Program-made: the position numbers and the translations under genes
Source: Cyanidioschyzon merolae
Lineage: Eukaryota
Length of the DNA: 64,000 nt
Strand: one strand, 5' to 3'
Assembly (NCBI GenBank): GCA_000091205.1
Contig: AP006489.2
Notes under the pieces: generated by a model
What the model was told of the DNA's origin: nothing
Databases searched by the model: none
Seen by the model: only the letters and a program-made list of their open reading frames with translations
Shown: piece by piece, positions 41,162 to 52,450 of the stretch
How positions within the stretch are numbered: position 1 is the first letter of the stretch
Layout: every line of letters starts with the position of its first letter

Positions 41162-42046
41162 TCAAGATAGGATAGACTCATCTTCGTCGTCAAGGACGCG
41201 CAAACTGGCCACTTCTACGATTCCTTGTTGATTTGTTTCGCGCTGAACGATTTCCTCGATCTCTCGAAACGCCCCAGGATCCGCCTGCACCGTCCAGAGA
41301 AGGGCACCGCCAGGCAACCACTCTTCCGACTCGCTCTCTACTGCGGCGCTGCCATCTTTCATTCGTACCGAGTCCGAACGAGAGGAACTGTGTGTACCGT
41401 CAGTTTCGCCTTGCTGCAACGGCTCCAGCCGGGCCTTGACCGCTTTGGCATCCCGCTGACTCGGTACGTGAATACGTAGACGCAGTCGTGCGCGCTCGAG
41501 GTCTAGACCACTCTGGGCTCGTAAGAGCGGTATCACTTCGAGCGCTTGTGCTTTTGCTGGTCGATTCGGCTGCACGGCAAAGTGGATCTCGCGAAGCGCT
41601 TTCTCAATGAGCCCAACAGGGAGCGGTTTCTTGGTCTCGCGACTGATGGTTTTCGCCGCCACAACACTCGCAATTTCATGAAGCTTTCGAGTGCTCTGGT
41701 ACTGGCGCTCGCGGTCCGACACCTGCAAGTCGCCGTGGAGCAGAATCTGGAGCAGCACAGCGTGCCGATCCCTGGTGCCAAAACAGCGCTCGAGGTCTGC
41801 GTTTGCGGCTAGTTTTCCCTTGGACACGTTCTCAAACACGTCCTCTACCTGGATCACCTCGTCGAGATCGCGAACGTGCCCCTCACGGTACGCCATAACC
41901 ATGTTCGGGTAGCATGCGATTTCGAAACGCTTGCCTCCTTTGCGCATGCGCACAACGCTCACGTTTGTAAGCCGTTTCTGAGTCACTGGTTGGAACATGA
42001 TCACCCAGGAGAGGTTTCCTAGTTGTAAAATAGGTACACAGGCCAC
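41162..42046 (-). CDS. SBDS: Ribosome maturation protein SBDS (Shwachman-Bodian-Diamond syndrome protein homolog, SDO1).
   Basis: [58 protein letters not shown]...[16 protein letters not shown] aligns with human SBDS [59 protein letters not shown]...QILTKGEVQVSDKERH. Confidence 0.88.
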   Translation of the reverse strand: [294 protein letters not shown]

Positions 42047-43980
42047 GAGCTGGCCCAGAAGGACCCCTACGCTCGGAGTGAATCAAGCAAATACCTCCAC
42101 AAGCACGAACGCTCCTGCGAGTACCACCACGCTGAACACCAGTCGAGCAGGAGCGAGTGGGCGCGCGGCGTCCGCTGGCGACGTGTCCGTTTTCCGGTAA
42201 CGCCACCGCTGCAGCGCGCCGGTCAGAGGCGTCACGCTCCTGTGACGCCTTAGGGGCATGCAAACGGCCCTGACAGCGATAGGATCGGTACCCGCGAACT
42301 GGATGAGGCGATTCCTCCCATGATTTGTTTGCTGAAGGTAGCGCTTGCTTGCTCGTGCTCGATGGCATGCTACAGGGTGCATGCCAGATGGCGAATGATG
42401 TTCGGTTCATTGGTCGATGTGGATCGTCATGGACGAGATGAGACTAGGGAAGAGGAGGCGGCAGGATATCTGGCGATCCGCGGCGTCGCTTGTCCATCGA
42501 CGCGTAAGGCTCGTGTGCGGCGGCCGTTCGCTCTCGAAAATGGGCCATATGCTCCATCGGATATCCAGGTGCACGAAGGCTAGCGTATGCTATCTCTGCG
42601 GAAGCGCGTCCGAACATGAAGATCAATCATAATCCATCGCTGGTTGATACTTTGAGCGCTGCATACGCATCGGGACGCGCTGGAATTCGGGTACAGATGA
42701 CCACGCACGCGTCCGCTGTGCTGCTCGGTGAGCGGGCGGTTGCGTTCACCAAAGTGCAGCCACGAGATGAAACGAGGTCGACGAGACTGCTTGGAAGCTC
42801 TCAGGGTGTTGCGACAGGTCGCTTTGTGGGCTACTGCTACCCACTGGATGCGGCGGAGACTCAAACGCACTCGCATGATTGCTATGAGCATCGCAGGGAT
42901 GCCAGCGGGAATCACGAGGCATCTGTCGCTCAGAGAGCCCTCGATCACGAACAGGAATGGAGTGTTTCGAGTGCTGTACAGCGCAAGAGCGGACGCCAAG
43001 AATCAGAACCCTGGAGATGCATTCAGAAACGCGTGCCGGCTGGTGCCTATCCTTGGGAGGAAGATCCGGCGAATTGTGCATGTCCATACTGGGGCGTGCT
43101 GCGCCAAGTCCCGTATCGCGTACCGACAGGGTCACCTTCACTCGATCGCAAATTGGAGACTCGACCCCAGGATTCATCCTCACAACCGAGTTTCTCGAAT
43201 GCATCGCGCCGCGAAAGCAGGTCTGTGTCCGCTGACTGCTCGAGCACAACCTGACAGTAAAAAAACCGGCCTCGCGCCCGATAGACCACACCCCGAGCTG
43301 ACACCCACTCTAGCATTGCAAAGTTGCCCTGTGTACGTGCAGCACCAGCTCTAGAGGCGCTATTGTGAACGCGAATGGCAGACACGGCGCACGATGCCGT
43401 GTGCGCAATGACCACCAGCACCACCACCATCGACCAGCAGGATGGTAAATGGAACTCGCTCATCGTGCATGGATCAATGGACGTTTCCCGAAACGCCAAT
43501 CTCAACGACTACGTCGGGAATTCCCTGGTCCGCATAAACCTGCTATCAGTCAAAGCGAATGCTGCGGGGTACCAGCATCATCGCCACAGGCACCATTCCA
43601 GGTAGCGAGCACGCGATCGCGGCAGCATCGAGCGCCACGCGACGTGGCGGGAAATGCGACACGCAGCCCAGATGTGCGATGCGTGATTGGCGCGTTTGCG
43701 GCAGTGCTCACGCAGGCTATCACTAATAGCGTTTCCAGGCGCTCTTTTCGATTTGTGCCACTCACTGGTGCTGTTCGTTGTGACGCTGAGTTCACGCAAC
43801 ATCAGCTCAGCTCGCTTACTCGAGACTCGAATCTGGTTACTGACTGCTGCCCGATCGTTGAGGTGTTCGAGTCTCGGAGCTATTGGAACGAGAACATTCG
43901 GGTGCTGACCCACAGGGTCCCGTTCGAGCACTGCGCGCTGTGAACGGCGTTATAGAAACGCACGAGGCAAAGTGCTGCAT

Positions 43981-44604
43981 ATGGCGAGCGGCAAGCGTAA
44001 AGGACTATCCTTCGATGACAAGAAAACCCGTTTGTTGGAGCTGTTCAATGAGACTTGCGATTTTTACACGTTAAAGGAGCTGGAGAAAATCGCCCCGAAA
44101 CTGAAAGGAATCATCACCCAGTCCGTCAAAGATGTGTTACAGTCGCTCGTAGACGATGATCTGGTGAACTCGGATAAATGCGGTGTCCAGACCATTTACT
44201 GGTGTTTGCCCTCAGAAGCCGTTGCCAAGAGGCAACGTCGGCTTGATGCGCTGCAACAGCAGCTGGCGGAGAAACGCCAAAAACTGACAGCGCTACAGCG
44301 CCAGCTGGTCCAAGTCCAGGCGGGTCGCGAGGACAGCGTTGAGCGTACAGCCGTACTGGAGAGGCTTGCAGCTTGTGAAGCGGCCTGGCGTGAACGGCAA
44401 CGAACGCTCGAGTCCTACCTCGAGTGCGACCCTGATGTCCTGGCGCAGCGCGAAACCGAAACCAAGACCCTGATTGAACAGGCAAATCGTTGGACCGATA
44501 ATCTCTACGTCATTCGAAGCTACGTCCAACGAAATCTAGGAGTTGACCTCGACCTATTCGATCAGCAGTTTGAGCTTAAGCCTGCGCTGCAGTATTTGGA
44601 GTGA
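43981..44604 (+). CDS. MND1: Meiotic nuclear division protein 1 (MND1), the HOP2-MND1 recombination cofactor.
   Basis: [80 protein letters not shown] aligns with human MND1 [78 protein letters not shown], followed by a coiled coil. Confidence 0.88.
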   Translation: [207 protein letters not shown]

Positions 44605-44944
44605 ACACGCATGCACAGGGTGCGGTATACCGTGCCTGCGGCCAGCGCTCTACCTCTATGTGTGCGCTGAGCGTTGGGCGGTGCTGCGTTCGCAGGTCGT
44701 CGTTTTCGTGATATCCTAAGGCTTGCGATGCCTGTAGCGTTAATCGTGCGAAAGCGGATTCGTCACGGGAACTTGACCGAAAGTCGCCTGGTGCGTGCAC
44801 CGCAACAGCACTCGATCCCGATGCGAAAGATCCTATGCGGTCTGATTCCTTTGTTCGTGGTAAAGGGAAAGCACCGTCAGAGGCTTGGGCCGCTCACGCG
44901 CTGCTCCGAGGCAGCCTGCTGCCGTCGTGGTATCGACGGCAGGC

Positions 44945-46558
44945 TGCGGTGCGATATACGCACTACAGTTGATTCGTGGAACCCCATGATCGCTCAAATA
45001 CTGTTGAGGAATACCGTTACCGGTGGATGGGTGCACGTCGCTGCAGCCTTGATGGATTGCTCACCCGAAGCACAGCGGTGTGTTCCTGCGGGGTGAGCAT
45101 CCAGTGCGCGTTCTCCTGGTCACTGATGCATTGTGTTTCTGGACGCAAGTCTGCAGCTTTTCAGCAAGATGCCCAGGCTGATTACGAAACGATTTTCGGG
45201 AACGTTCGCTCGACACAAGGCCGCTGGACGCTCTCGAAGCACTGGTCATACCCAGTGAATAATGGAGGCGTTCGAGTCGTCACACAGAGAGAGAGAGAGC
45301 TCGCGTGCATGATAGCCGGTGGCATCACACACGAGCTGGGCAATGCTTTTCGATTGCCTCGCCAACTGACGTCCGCTCAGCCTTCTGGACACCATGGCGT
45401 GCATCCGACGCTGTTTCATACGATTGTTTCTATTCGTGTCGCAGCAAGCACCCACGCTCGTGATGCATCGATGTCGCCCGGGATTCAGTCACCGATGGGA
45501 ATCGTATAGCGCCGATTCCCGTGCGCACTGCCGGCTTTCGTCGACGGAGCGCAGGAGTTCAGGGCGTGTGCGCAACTTCAAGCCCAGCGCCGAAGGCTAT
45601 CGCGAAACGACGCAAACCTCTCGTCATTTTCTGTTCGAAATCAGTGAAGAACCCGACACTTGCGCGCTTGTTGCCTCCATACGGCCGAAACTGTCGGCGA
45701 CTCCGGTGCGGTGTCCCGAATTCCCGCTGAGTATCGCGTGCATCAACTGTTTGGGCGTTTTTGGCACGCTCTGAATGAAACGGACGCAAGCATCGCCCGC
45801 TGCTGGATGCAGAGCTCGGAGCGTCGCGATTGGTGCTGATAACAGCATTCCATTTTCTGGTATACCCTCTGGTGCCGATCATTCCCAGCTGCCTACCAGA
45901 GAGAATCCCCGGAGATCGAGCAGCTTCATCTGGTTTCTTCCTGGGTCGCTGGCTCCGTGCTCTTGATCTACAGGTACGGCGAGTGCTTCGATGCACCTGG
46001 ATTCGGGATGCACGAACACCACCATCGCGAAGACGTTGTCTTCATCTGGGCTGAACGGGTGCGAATGAGTCTCTTTGGTAGACGCTGGTCCAGATGCTGC
46101 GCAATGTGCATACAGATTGATATTCCGTCCGGTCTTTGACGTCCTCGCAAACACGTCTTCCCGTTTCCTCTCGGTTAACAGCAAGGTGTCTCGCCAGTGC
46201 GCTTTGCGGTGTTGCTCGAATGCTTCGTATTGGTCGCAGATATCTGCCGCTGCTCACTACGGTGGTGGTCGTAAAGCTCCATGCAGAAGAGTCTACGATG
46301 CGATCATGAGCCTTGGTCTGATATTTGCGGTCTCTATCGAACGGACGCAAAAGGTGGCTCGTGCACTCGGACCCCAGGGAGGCACTCTGTGCTGCTTCTG
46401 ATGCGAAGGCCTCTCTTCGCTAGCCAGTAGTGGCGCCATCGAGCCTCTTGGCGACCTTTCCCCAGTCTGCGAAACGCATTCCTTTCGTTGCATACCTGCC
46501 AGAAAAACAAACAAAATCAAACATGGCTATACGTTCCATGTACTTCAAAAAGTCATCG
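44945..46558 (-). repeat. Inverted-repeat arm B (about 1.6 kb).
   Basis: See arm A. It ends about 165 bp upstream of the TBCE start codon. Confidence 0.88.
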
Positions 46559-46721
46559 GACTGAAAAGAACCCAAAGCATGCCCCGAGCGACAGCCGCCA
46601 GGCACTGGACCCGCAACCTTGGCGTCCAGCAGGATGCACCAAGTCGCATACACCGGAGGCACTTCCTTTCGCAAACCCGACCCATTGGCGGTGTCGTTGG
46701 TACACGTCGCCCCGTACTCCT

Positions 46722-48434
46722 ATGCGCGTAGCGTATGGATCAGCCCGAGGTGACTTGCGCTGGCGTGGTCAACTCCCGGAAGTAGACGGTGGCAAGTACA
46801 CTTGGGTCGGCGTCGAGTGGGACCCCGGCCCCGACGCTGACAAGCACGGGCGCCACGACGGTACCTTTCGAGGCAAGCGCTACTTCTCGTGCGAGCGAAC
46901 ACCGGCACGTGCGAGCTTCGTGCGCGCAGACCAGGTACACTTTCCACAGTCTCTGGGTTACCTTCTTGACGCGTACCAAAAACCAGGGACGCAGACGCAA
47001 CCGGGCGATGTGTCAGGATCGACGGAGCAACCGGCTGCTGGCGTAGCTCCGCTAGTCTCCGCTTGTCTGGCACGATCATGTGTCGTCTGGAACCCAGCTG
47101 AATCGGCGTTGGTTGCTGAACGTCACGGGAAAAGTGTTCGGTACTTGGACATATCTTTTGGACTTATCGAGTACTACGAAGACGTCGCAGAAATCCTGCA
47201 GACTTTTCCGAGACTTGAAGAGCTGGACATTTCGGGAAATCGATTGCGACCCCGCAACTCAACTACGATTTCGCCAAATCATGCGCTCAGCTCTATTGCG
47301 TGGGTGTCTCAGTCACTGCGGATTCTACGCTGGAACTGCGCAGGTGTCGAGACTTCGATCGCGGCGCTCGCTCAACTCGTCCTTGGTTGCACGGTGCTCG
47401 AGGAGTTGCGCCTCCATGGGAATCATATTCGACTTGAAGTACGCAGTACGAACACGACCATACTGCCTCGATCACTTACGCGCCTCTACTTGGGAGCGAA
47501 TCATTTGGAATGTGTTGCTTGTCTGCCGTCGCCTGAGCTCGAATTACTAGACTTGAGCGAGAACCCTGCACTGGATCGCTTGGGAGCGCCAGCCTCTTCC
47601 ACAGAGTGCTTTGCGCCACGGCTCTCTTCGCTGAACTTGACGGATACCTCATTCGTTTGCCTCGAGTTTCTAGCGGATCCCAATCACTTTCCGCAACTAC
47701 GTAACTTGCGTCTCCGCCATCTTCCACGGGATCACATTATAGCCCGAATGCCGTATCTAGAAAAACTGAATGGTTCAGAGATCACTGCTGCTGAGCGGCG
47801 GGAAGCAGAGCTGCGATTTCTCGCCGACTGGTCAACTGCTGCACAGGACGCGTTTGCATCGTCGCCTCTCAAGCGCCGTGTGGAAGCGCTTTGTCGCCAG
47901 TACGGTGTGAAAGCAGAGGCGCCTCTTCCACTGCCGTCGCCTCTGCCACACATGGAACGGGGATACGTTCCAGTGGTACTCGGGCAGCTGCGCATGGACG
48001 CGCCAGTGCCGACGCGGATTCCTCTTGCATCCCTCTCGCAATGCCAGCAGCAGCAGCAGCAGCAGCAGCTACTGCTGCAAGTACCAGCGTCCACACCTTG
48101 GTGGCTAGCGGAACGCATCGCCTTCACACAGTTGTCCGGGATCCGGAATCAGCTGGTATCGCCTCCGTCCGATGATCGTCATCATGTCGTCGTGCATCTA
48201 GCGTATGCAACCGCACATGAGCTTGCTTTGCAACCTCAACCCGATTGGCTGACAACGCTAGAAGAGCTTGATTCAGCTGGAAAGAGCCCAGTTTATGTGC
48301 TGGTCCACATCGAAAGGAACAAGTCACATGTCAAATGCTGCGACTCGAAGAGCGCTGCATCCGCGGCTGACGGTCTAGACGCGAACGCACCAGCCACTGA
48401 GACGCCAAGCCAATCAGTGCCGCTTGAATCGTAA
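46722..48434 (+). CDS. TBCE: Tubulin-folding cofactor E (TBCE)-like protein with CAP-Gly and leucine-rich repeats, and an internal polyQ tract.
   Basis: The CAP-Gly stretch GGKYTWVGVEWDPGPDADKHGRHDGTFRGKRYFSC...ASFVRADQV matches TBCE [28 protein letters not shown]...GSFIRPNKV. Multiple LxxLxLxxN LRRs follow (LEELDISGNRL, LEELRLHGNHI, LELLDLSENP). The start was chosen at MRVAYGSARG because the upstream part of the 46488 ORF lies inside IR arm B and is non-homologous. (CAG)8 at about 48046-48070 encodes polyQ. Confidence 0.7.
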   Translation: MRVAYGSARGDLRWRGQLPEVDGGKYTWVGVEWDPGPDADKHGRHDGTFRGKRYFSCERTPARASFVRADQVHFPQSLGYLLDAYQKPGTQTQPGDVSGSTEQPAAGVAPLVSACLARSCVVWNPAESALVAERHGKSVRYLDISFGLIEYYEDVAEILQTFPRLEELDISGNRLRPRNSTTISPNHALSSIAWVSQSLRILRWNCAGVETSIAALAQLVLGCTVLEELRLHGNHIRLEVRSTNTTILPRSLTRLYLGANHLECVACLPSPELELLDLSENPALDRLGAPASSTECFAPRLSSLNLTDTSFVCLEFLADPNHFPQLRNLRLRHLPRDHIIARMPYLEKLNGSEITAAERREAELRFLADWSTAAQDAFASSPLKRRVEALCRQYGVKAEAPLPLPSPLPHMERGYVPVVLGQLRMDAPVPTRIPLASLSQCQQQQQQQQLLLQVPASTPWWLAERIAFTQLSGIRNQLVSPPSDDRHHVVVHLAYATAHELALQPQPDWLTTLEELDSAGKSPVYVLVHIERNKSHVKCCDSKSAASAADGLDANAPATETPSQSVPLES

Positions 48435-48681
48435 ACGATCACAAAAAGAAAGCGCTCCTCTAGGGTAGATTACGATGCAGCTATGCGCTTACATGTCTAT
48501 GGTTTCAGTCATCCATGCAAAACTGGGTCATGAGTAACATGGAATCGTGCACAAATGGTCGAACAAGTGGACGCCTCCCCTCATACAAATACACACACAC
48601 ATGCGAACGTTTACATGGGCACGGCTACCCATAGAGACACATACGCCTACACACCGCCACCTATGCCTGCTCGTCGAGATC

Positions 48682-51600
48682 CTATTGCGTCTCACCATTT
48701 GCCTGAGATGTGCTCACAAAATCGCTGCCCGACAGGATACCGAGTTGCTTGGCGATTTCCCGTAAACGCTCAATACACACCTTGTTTGTCTCATCGTGGA
48801 CATGGTAGCGCTCGAGAAACAACCGCACCTGGGACGCAGCAGATCGATCCGGAATCGTACGCAGCAGGAGATCGTCGTTCTCGAGCTCACGATCGTGACT
48901 CGAGCTTCGCTGCTGGCGTACCAACATAAGCGTTTCCGCCAGTGCGAGGTATGCCTCCGCAAGCGTGAACTGCTGTGGTGGCTGCGGCGCCGTCTGCTGG
49001 AGCCCAGCCCCGGCCGAAGCCATCTTTTTCGACCCGAACTGCGACGGACGTGTCGCTGTCTCGAGTGCTCGGATCGTCTTGCGACTGTACTCAAGCGCTT
49101 CCGCTAGATTGCCGTGCCTGGTTGCACAACGACGCAACGCGTCCCAAACGATCGGATCGCTGATACCTGTCGCTGCTACACTGCGTAACAGCGACTCAAG
49201 GGCGCTCATTTGACGCACCCTGACCGGGTCATCCACATGCACATCCTGGTCGGTAACCGAGGTTTCATCCAGAACGTCGCTCATGGCAGCGAGTATCGCT
49301 GCGAGAGCGGCGTGATCGTAGCCGTCGCGTCCGCGAAACTCGAGGAGCTTGCTCTGTGCTCGAAGTGCCAACGCCCATTCTTTGGCACCAGTGGCAGCGA
49401 TCAGGAGATTCTGCCATACCTGCCATGATTCAGGGCGTAAACGGGCCGCTTCTGCGAAACACTTGACAACGCGGTGTCGTTTGAGCATTGACGCTGGGTT
49501 ACCCGCTTCCTCGGCCATGGTCTGCCGCAGGAGAGCATGCCCTAGGTTGCTCCAGGCCTCGGCATGCTCGGGTTCGTACTGCACGGCGCTTGTGTAGGAC
49601 TCAGAGGCCCAGTCCCAGCGTCCAAGTTTCTGTGCACAAAAGCCACAAGCGAACCATATATCCTGGTGCAGGGGATTCACAGTCAGCGCTCGGCGAAAAT
49701 GTTCATAGGCACGCTGCCAGTCGCCACGGCGCATTGCCAGGCGTCCAAGTGAACGCTGGGCTCGTGCGTATCGCTCACCGCTGATTTGCCAGGCTTGGTT
49801 GTAGAGCGCCTCGGGGGTGCGATGTTCGTCCAGCGGGCGATCTCGTTCAGGCATCATGACCAACACATCGCCGAGCACACAGAGCAAACGCGGACTACGG
49901 TCACGGACGCGAAGCAGCTCTATGAGCATTTGGTAGGCTCGCGTCCAGTTGCCCATGAGTCGGTGGCAATCGACTGCGTGCTCCCACATCTCGAGTGATT
50001 GGAAAACGTCCAGTGCGGATTTCACCAAACCGAGACGACCGAGCATCCCGGCCCATTCGCGTTGCATCTGCCATCGTAGTGGATAGGCAGTAGCGAATGC
50101 GTACCAGAGGTGCTTCGTCAGTTCAGGTCGAGGTTGCGTGTCGTTGTAAAAGCGTTCCACAAGTTCCTCCATTTGCTCCATGACTCTTTCCTGAAATCGA
50201 GCACGATCTAGTTCGAGGCGAGTGCGCACGAGTAGCGCATATGCTCGAAGCAGGGCGTGCTCTGCCTGCGCTTCGGTTGATCGCTCGGTTGCCTCGATGA
50301 TGTACTCCACACAAGACCGAATGTTTTCCTTTGAGAGCGCAGTTGTGACCTGTTGTGAAGCATCAATGGCTACAAGTCCCGAAAGCAAGATACAATCTGT
50401 GACTGAGAGCGGATGTGGTGATACCTGCTCAGAGCCGACGCTCTCGATGCATACCGTATGGCCCAGGTACTCGTCGTCGCGCAGCGGTATTGCACGTGGC
50501 ATTCCCGCTGCATATGGAGACGAGTGAGCGTCTCGAACGACCACTGCCGCAGATTCGGTCTCCGGAGGTGCATCAGTCCCTTGATGATCATGTGCGGAAG
50601 CAGGCAACACCGCACGGCAACTCGAGTCCGGTATCATGACCGCTTGGCTACTGGGCACTGCACAGCTCGCTTTGCTTGCCGACTCGAGGCGAGGCTCGCT
50701 TCCGAACGAGCGTGCCTCTGCTGTCGTTCCGCAACATTCGAGAGTGGCACCCCGAGACGTTGCCCCAGATAGATCCAGGCTGCTCGCATTGTCGTGCTTC
50801 TCCTTGTTTTGGCAATCCGTTTCGCGACGATCAACCCTAGTCGCTGTTTCAGGCGGGACGGCATCCTCGTTACAATGGGTTCCACAGTGTCCGGTGGCAT
50901 GTTCAGCACAGCGCCTTCCGCCAGAAACCGGGTGCGTATCGGGTGCTGGAGTCCCATCGTGGCTTGTGGTGCTGATGCTGCTGCTGCGGTCGATACGCAC
51001 ACGCAACAACGCCATGGGGCGCTTCTGGTACCGCAGTCGAATGCCACGTTCGCCGCTGAAGCAGATGCGGGCACCTATCCTGCTCGCAGCATGCTCCAGA
51101 AACTCCCTCGCAACTTCTCCGAAGCTATAATAATGGTTCATCAGAGAGAACTCCATACTGGACAGGAAAGTTTCGGCGAGCGTTCCATCGAATGTCCATG
51201 AAGCGGTAACCTGCTGCATCCGGTAGCGAGGTCGGCTGAAAGGCGGCACCACAACCTGCACCTCAATCGTATTCGAGAGCGCTATAGCTTTCCCAATACT
51301 CAGGATCTGGTCCCGCAAAAGCGCAGATGGACCTGATAAACACTGTTGGTAGAGCCACAGTGCGCGAACATACCACCAGGCCTGATACGCTGAGGTCCAG
51401 TCCAGCTCAGCGAGGCACCGCGTCGCCTCCAGCAGGGCACAGGCAGGCGCGCACGCCGCTAGCCAGTCTTCGCCATCAACAGCGAGAGTGTCTCGTTCGG
51501 GCTCCTTCGTGGACCTGGTGACCCGAAGTGGCCAAGTGGCAGGAAGCGGCGGCCCCGTCCACTGATCACGCACGAACGCAAGTATCAAAGCTATGGCGCG

Positions 51601-51870
51601 TAGGTAGTGTGCCCAAAAGTGTGCGTTTGAAGCAGATTCCGCTACGAGTACCTGCTCTTGGGCGTTTACGAAACCTAGTGCGGTTTCAATGTCGCGGCGG
51701 ACAAGGTGCAAGGCCAAGTCTTCGAGATGCGGTGCAGTTTGGTCGCCGCCAATGTTCTCCGCTACAAGCCGGCGAAGATCCGCAGCCCCCAGGTCACGTG
51801 TATCCGCACCCGACCACAGCAGCTGCTCCAAAGCGGTCATGATCAATCGAGTTTGGCTGCCGAAGCGCAC
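48682..51870 (-). CDS. TPR-repeat protein, possibly TTC27-like.
   Basis: C-terminal tandem TPR-like units are visible (WQRAYEHFRRALTVNPLHQDIWFACGFCAQKLGRWDWASESYTSAVQYEPEHAEAWSNLGHALL). The 1062-aa ORF contains a Ser/Cys-rich low-complexity insertion. The TTC27 family assignment is tentative. Confidence 0.5.
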   Translation of the reverse strand: MRFGSQTRLIMTALEQLLWSGADTRDLGAADLRRLVAENIGGDQTAPHLEDLALHLVRRDIETALGFVNAQEQVLVAESASNAHFWAHYLRAIALILAFVRDQWTGPPLPATWPLRVTRSTKEPERDTLAVDGEDWLAACAPACALLEATRCLAELDWTSAYQAWWYVRALWLYQQCLSGPSALLRDQILSIGKAIALSNTIEVQVVVPPFSRPRYRMQQVTASWTFDGTLAETFLSSMEFSLMNHYYSFGEVAREFLEHAASRIGARICFSGERGIRLRYQKRPMALLRVRIDRSSSISTTSHDGTPAPDTHPVSGGRRCAEHATGHCGTHCNEDAVPPETATRVDRRETDCQNKEKHDNASSLDLSGATSRGATLECCGTTAEARSFGSEPRLESASKASCAVPSSQAVMIPDSSCRAVLPASAHDHQGTDAPPETESAAVVVRDAHSSPYAAGMPRAIPLRDDEYLGHTVCIESVGSEQVSPHPLSVTDCILLSGLVAIDASQQVTTALSKENIRSCVEYIIEATERSTEAQAEHALLRAYALLVRTRLELDRARFQERVMEQMEELVERFYNDTQPRPELTKHLWYAFATAYPLRWQMQREWAGMLGRLGLVKSALDVFQSLEMWEHAVDCHRLMGNWTRAYQMLIELLRVRDRSPRLLCVLGDVLVMMPERDRPLDEHRTPEALYNQAWQISGERYARAQRSLGRLAMRRGDWQRAYEHFRRALTVNPLHQDIWFACGFCAQKLGRWDWASESYTSAVQYEPEHAEAWSNLGHALLRQTMAEEAGNPASMLKRHRVVKCFAEAARLRPESWQVWQNLLIAATGAKEWALALRAQSKLLEFRGRDGYDHAALAAILAAMSDVLDETSVTDQDVHVDDPVRVRQMSALESLLRSVAATGISDPIVWDALRRCATRHGNLAEALEYSRKTIRALETATRPSQFGSKKMASAGAGLQQTAPQPPQQFTLAEAYLALAETLMLVRQQRSSSHDRELENDDLLLRTIPDRSAASQVRLFLERYHVHDETNKVCIERLREIAKQLGILSGSDFVSTSQANGETQ

Positions 51871-52203
51871 AGGAAGCTACCGTTACGGACAGCGAGGTGG
51901 AAGCTTGGCACGAACGCCGGCAGTGCACCGCCACGCGGCGTCCAGTCGCCAAGTTTCCACTAGGTTTCGACGTGCGGCCGTTCACTGGTAGCCAATCGTG
52001 GACGCACAAAAACAACAAGCGGCTGCTTCAGTGCGTGCTCGCTGGTCACTGACGTACTTCGAAAGGCACTGAAGACGGAATTGGCACTGGAAATGCTTGT
52101 TGTGAGTGCGAAGCGGTATCCCAGCGGCAACAGACCCGGTAGCAACGCGCCTGCGCATAGCAAGCCGGTCGCGAAGGCTGCCGTCGAGACTCCTGCAGGG
52201 TAG

Positions 52204-52450
52204 CTCTCGAGAGAGAGAGAGAGAGAGCAGGAGAGAGAGAGATGCTTTTGGGTACATGTCTGCAGTGCGTGTTGGTGAAAGGTAGCAGGCGTTTCACGTG
52301 GTAAGAGGCCTGTGTTCAGAGCTTCTCTGACGTACGCTTTGTTATACATTTGCGGTACGTACTGGTGAAAGGTAGCAGGCGTTTCATGTCGTAAGAGGCC
52401 CGTTTTCAGAGCTTCTCTGACGTACGCTTTGTTATACATTTGCGGAGCGG
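52204..52450. repeat. (GA)n tract at about 52204-52240, followed by a 2 x about 93-bp tandem repeat (52255-52450).
   Basis: The unit tggtgaaaggtagcaggcgtttca[c/t]gt[g/c]gtaagaggcc[t/c]gt[g/t]ttcagagcttctctgacgtacgctttgttatacatttgcgg occurs twice head-to-tail. The duplicated peptide MYNKAYVREAL in ORF 51960..52460 mirrors it. Confidence 0.85.

Noticed and set aside
46488-46721. An N-terminal 78-aa extension of the TBCE ORF (MHTCQKNKQN...).
   Set aside because: This part lies inside inverted-repeat arm B and has no CAP-Gly homology. TBCE orthologues begin right at the CAP-Gly domain, so the ATG at 46722 is the likelier start.
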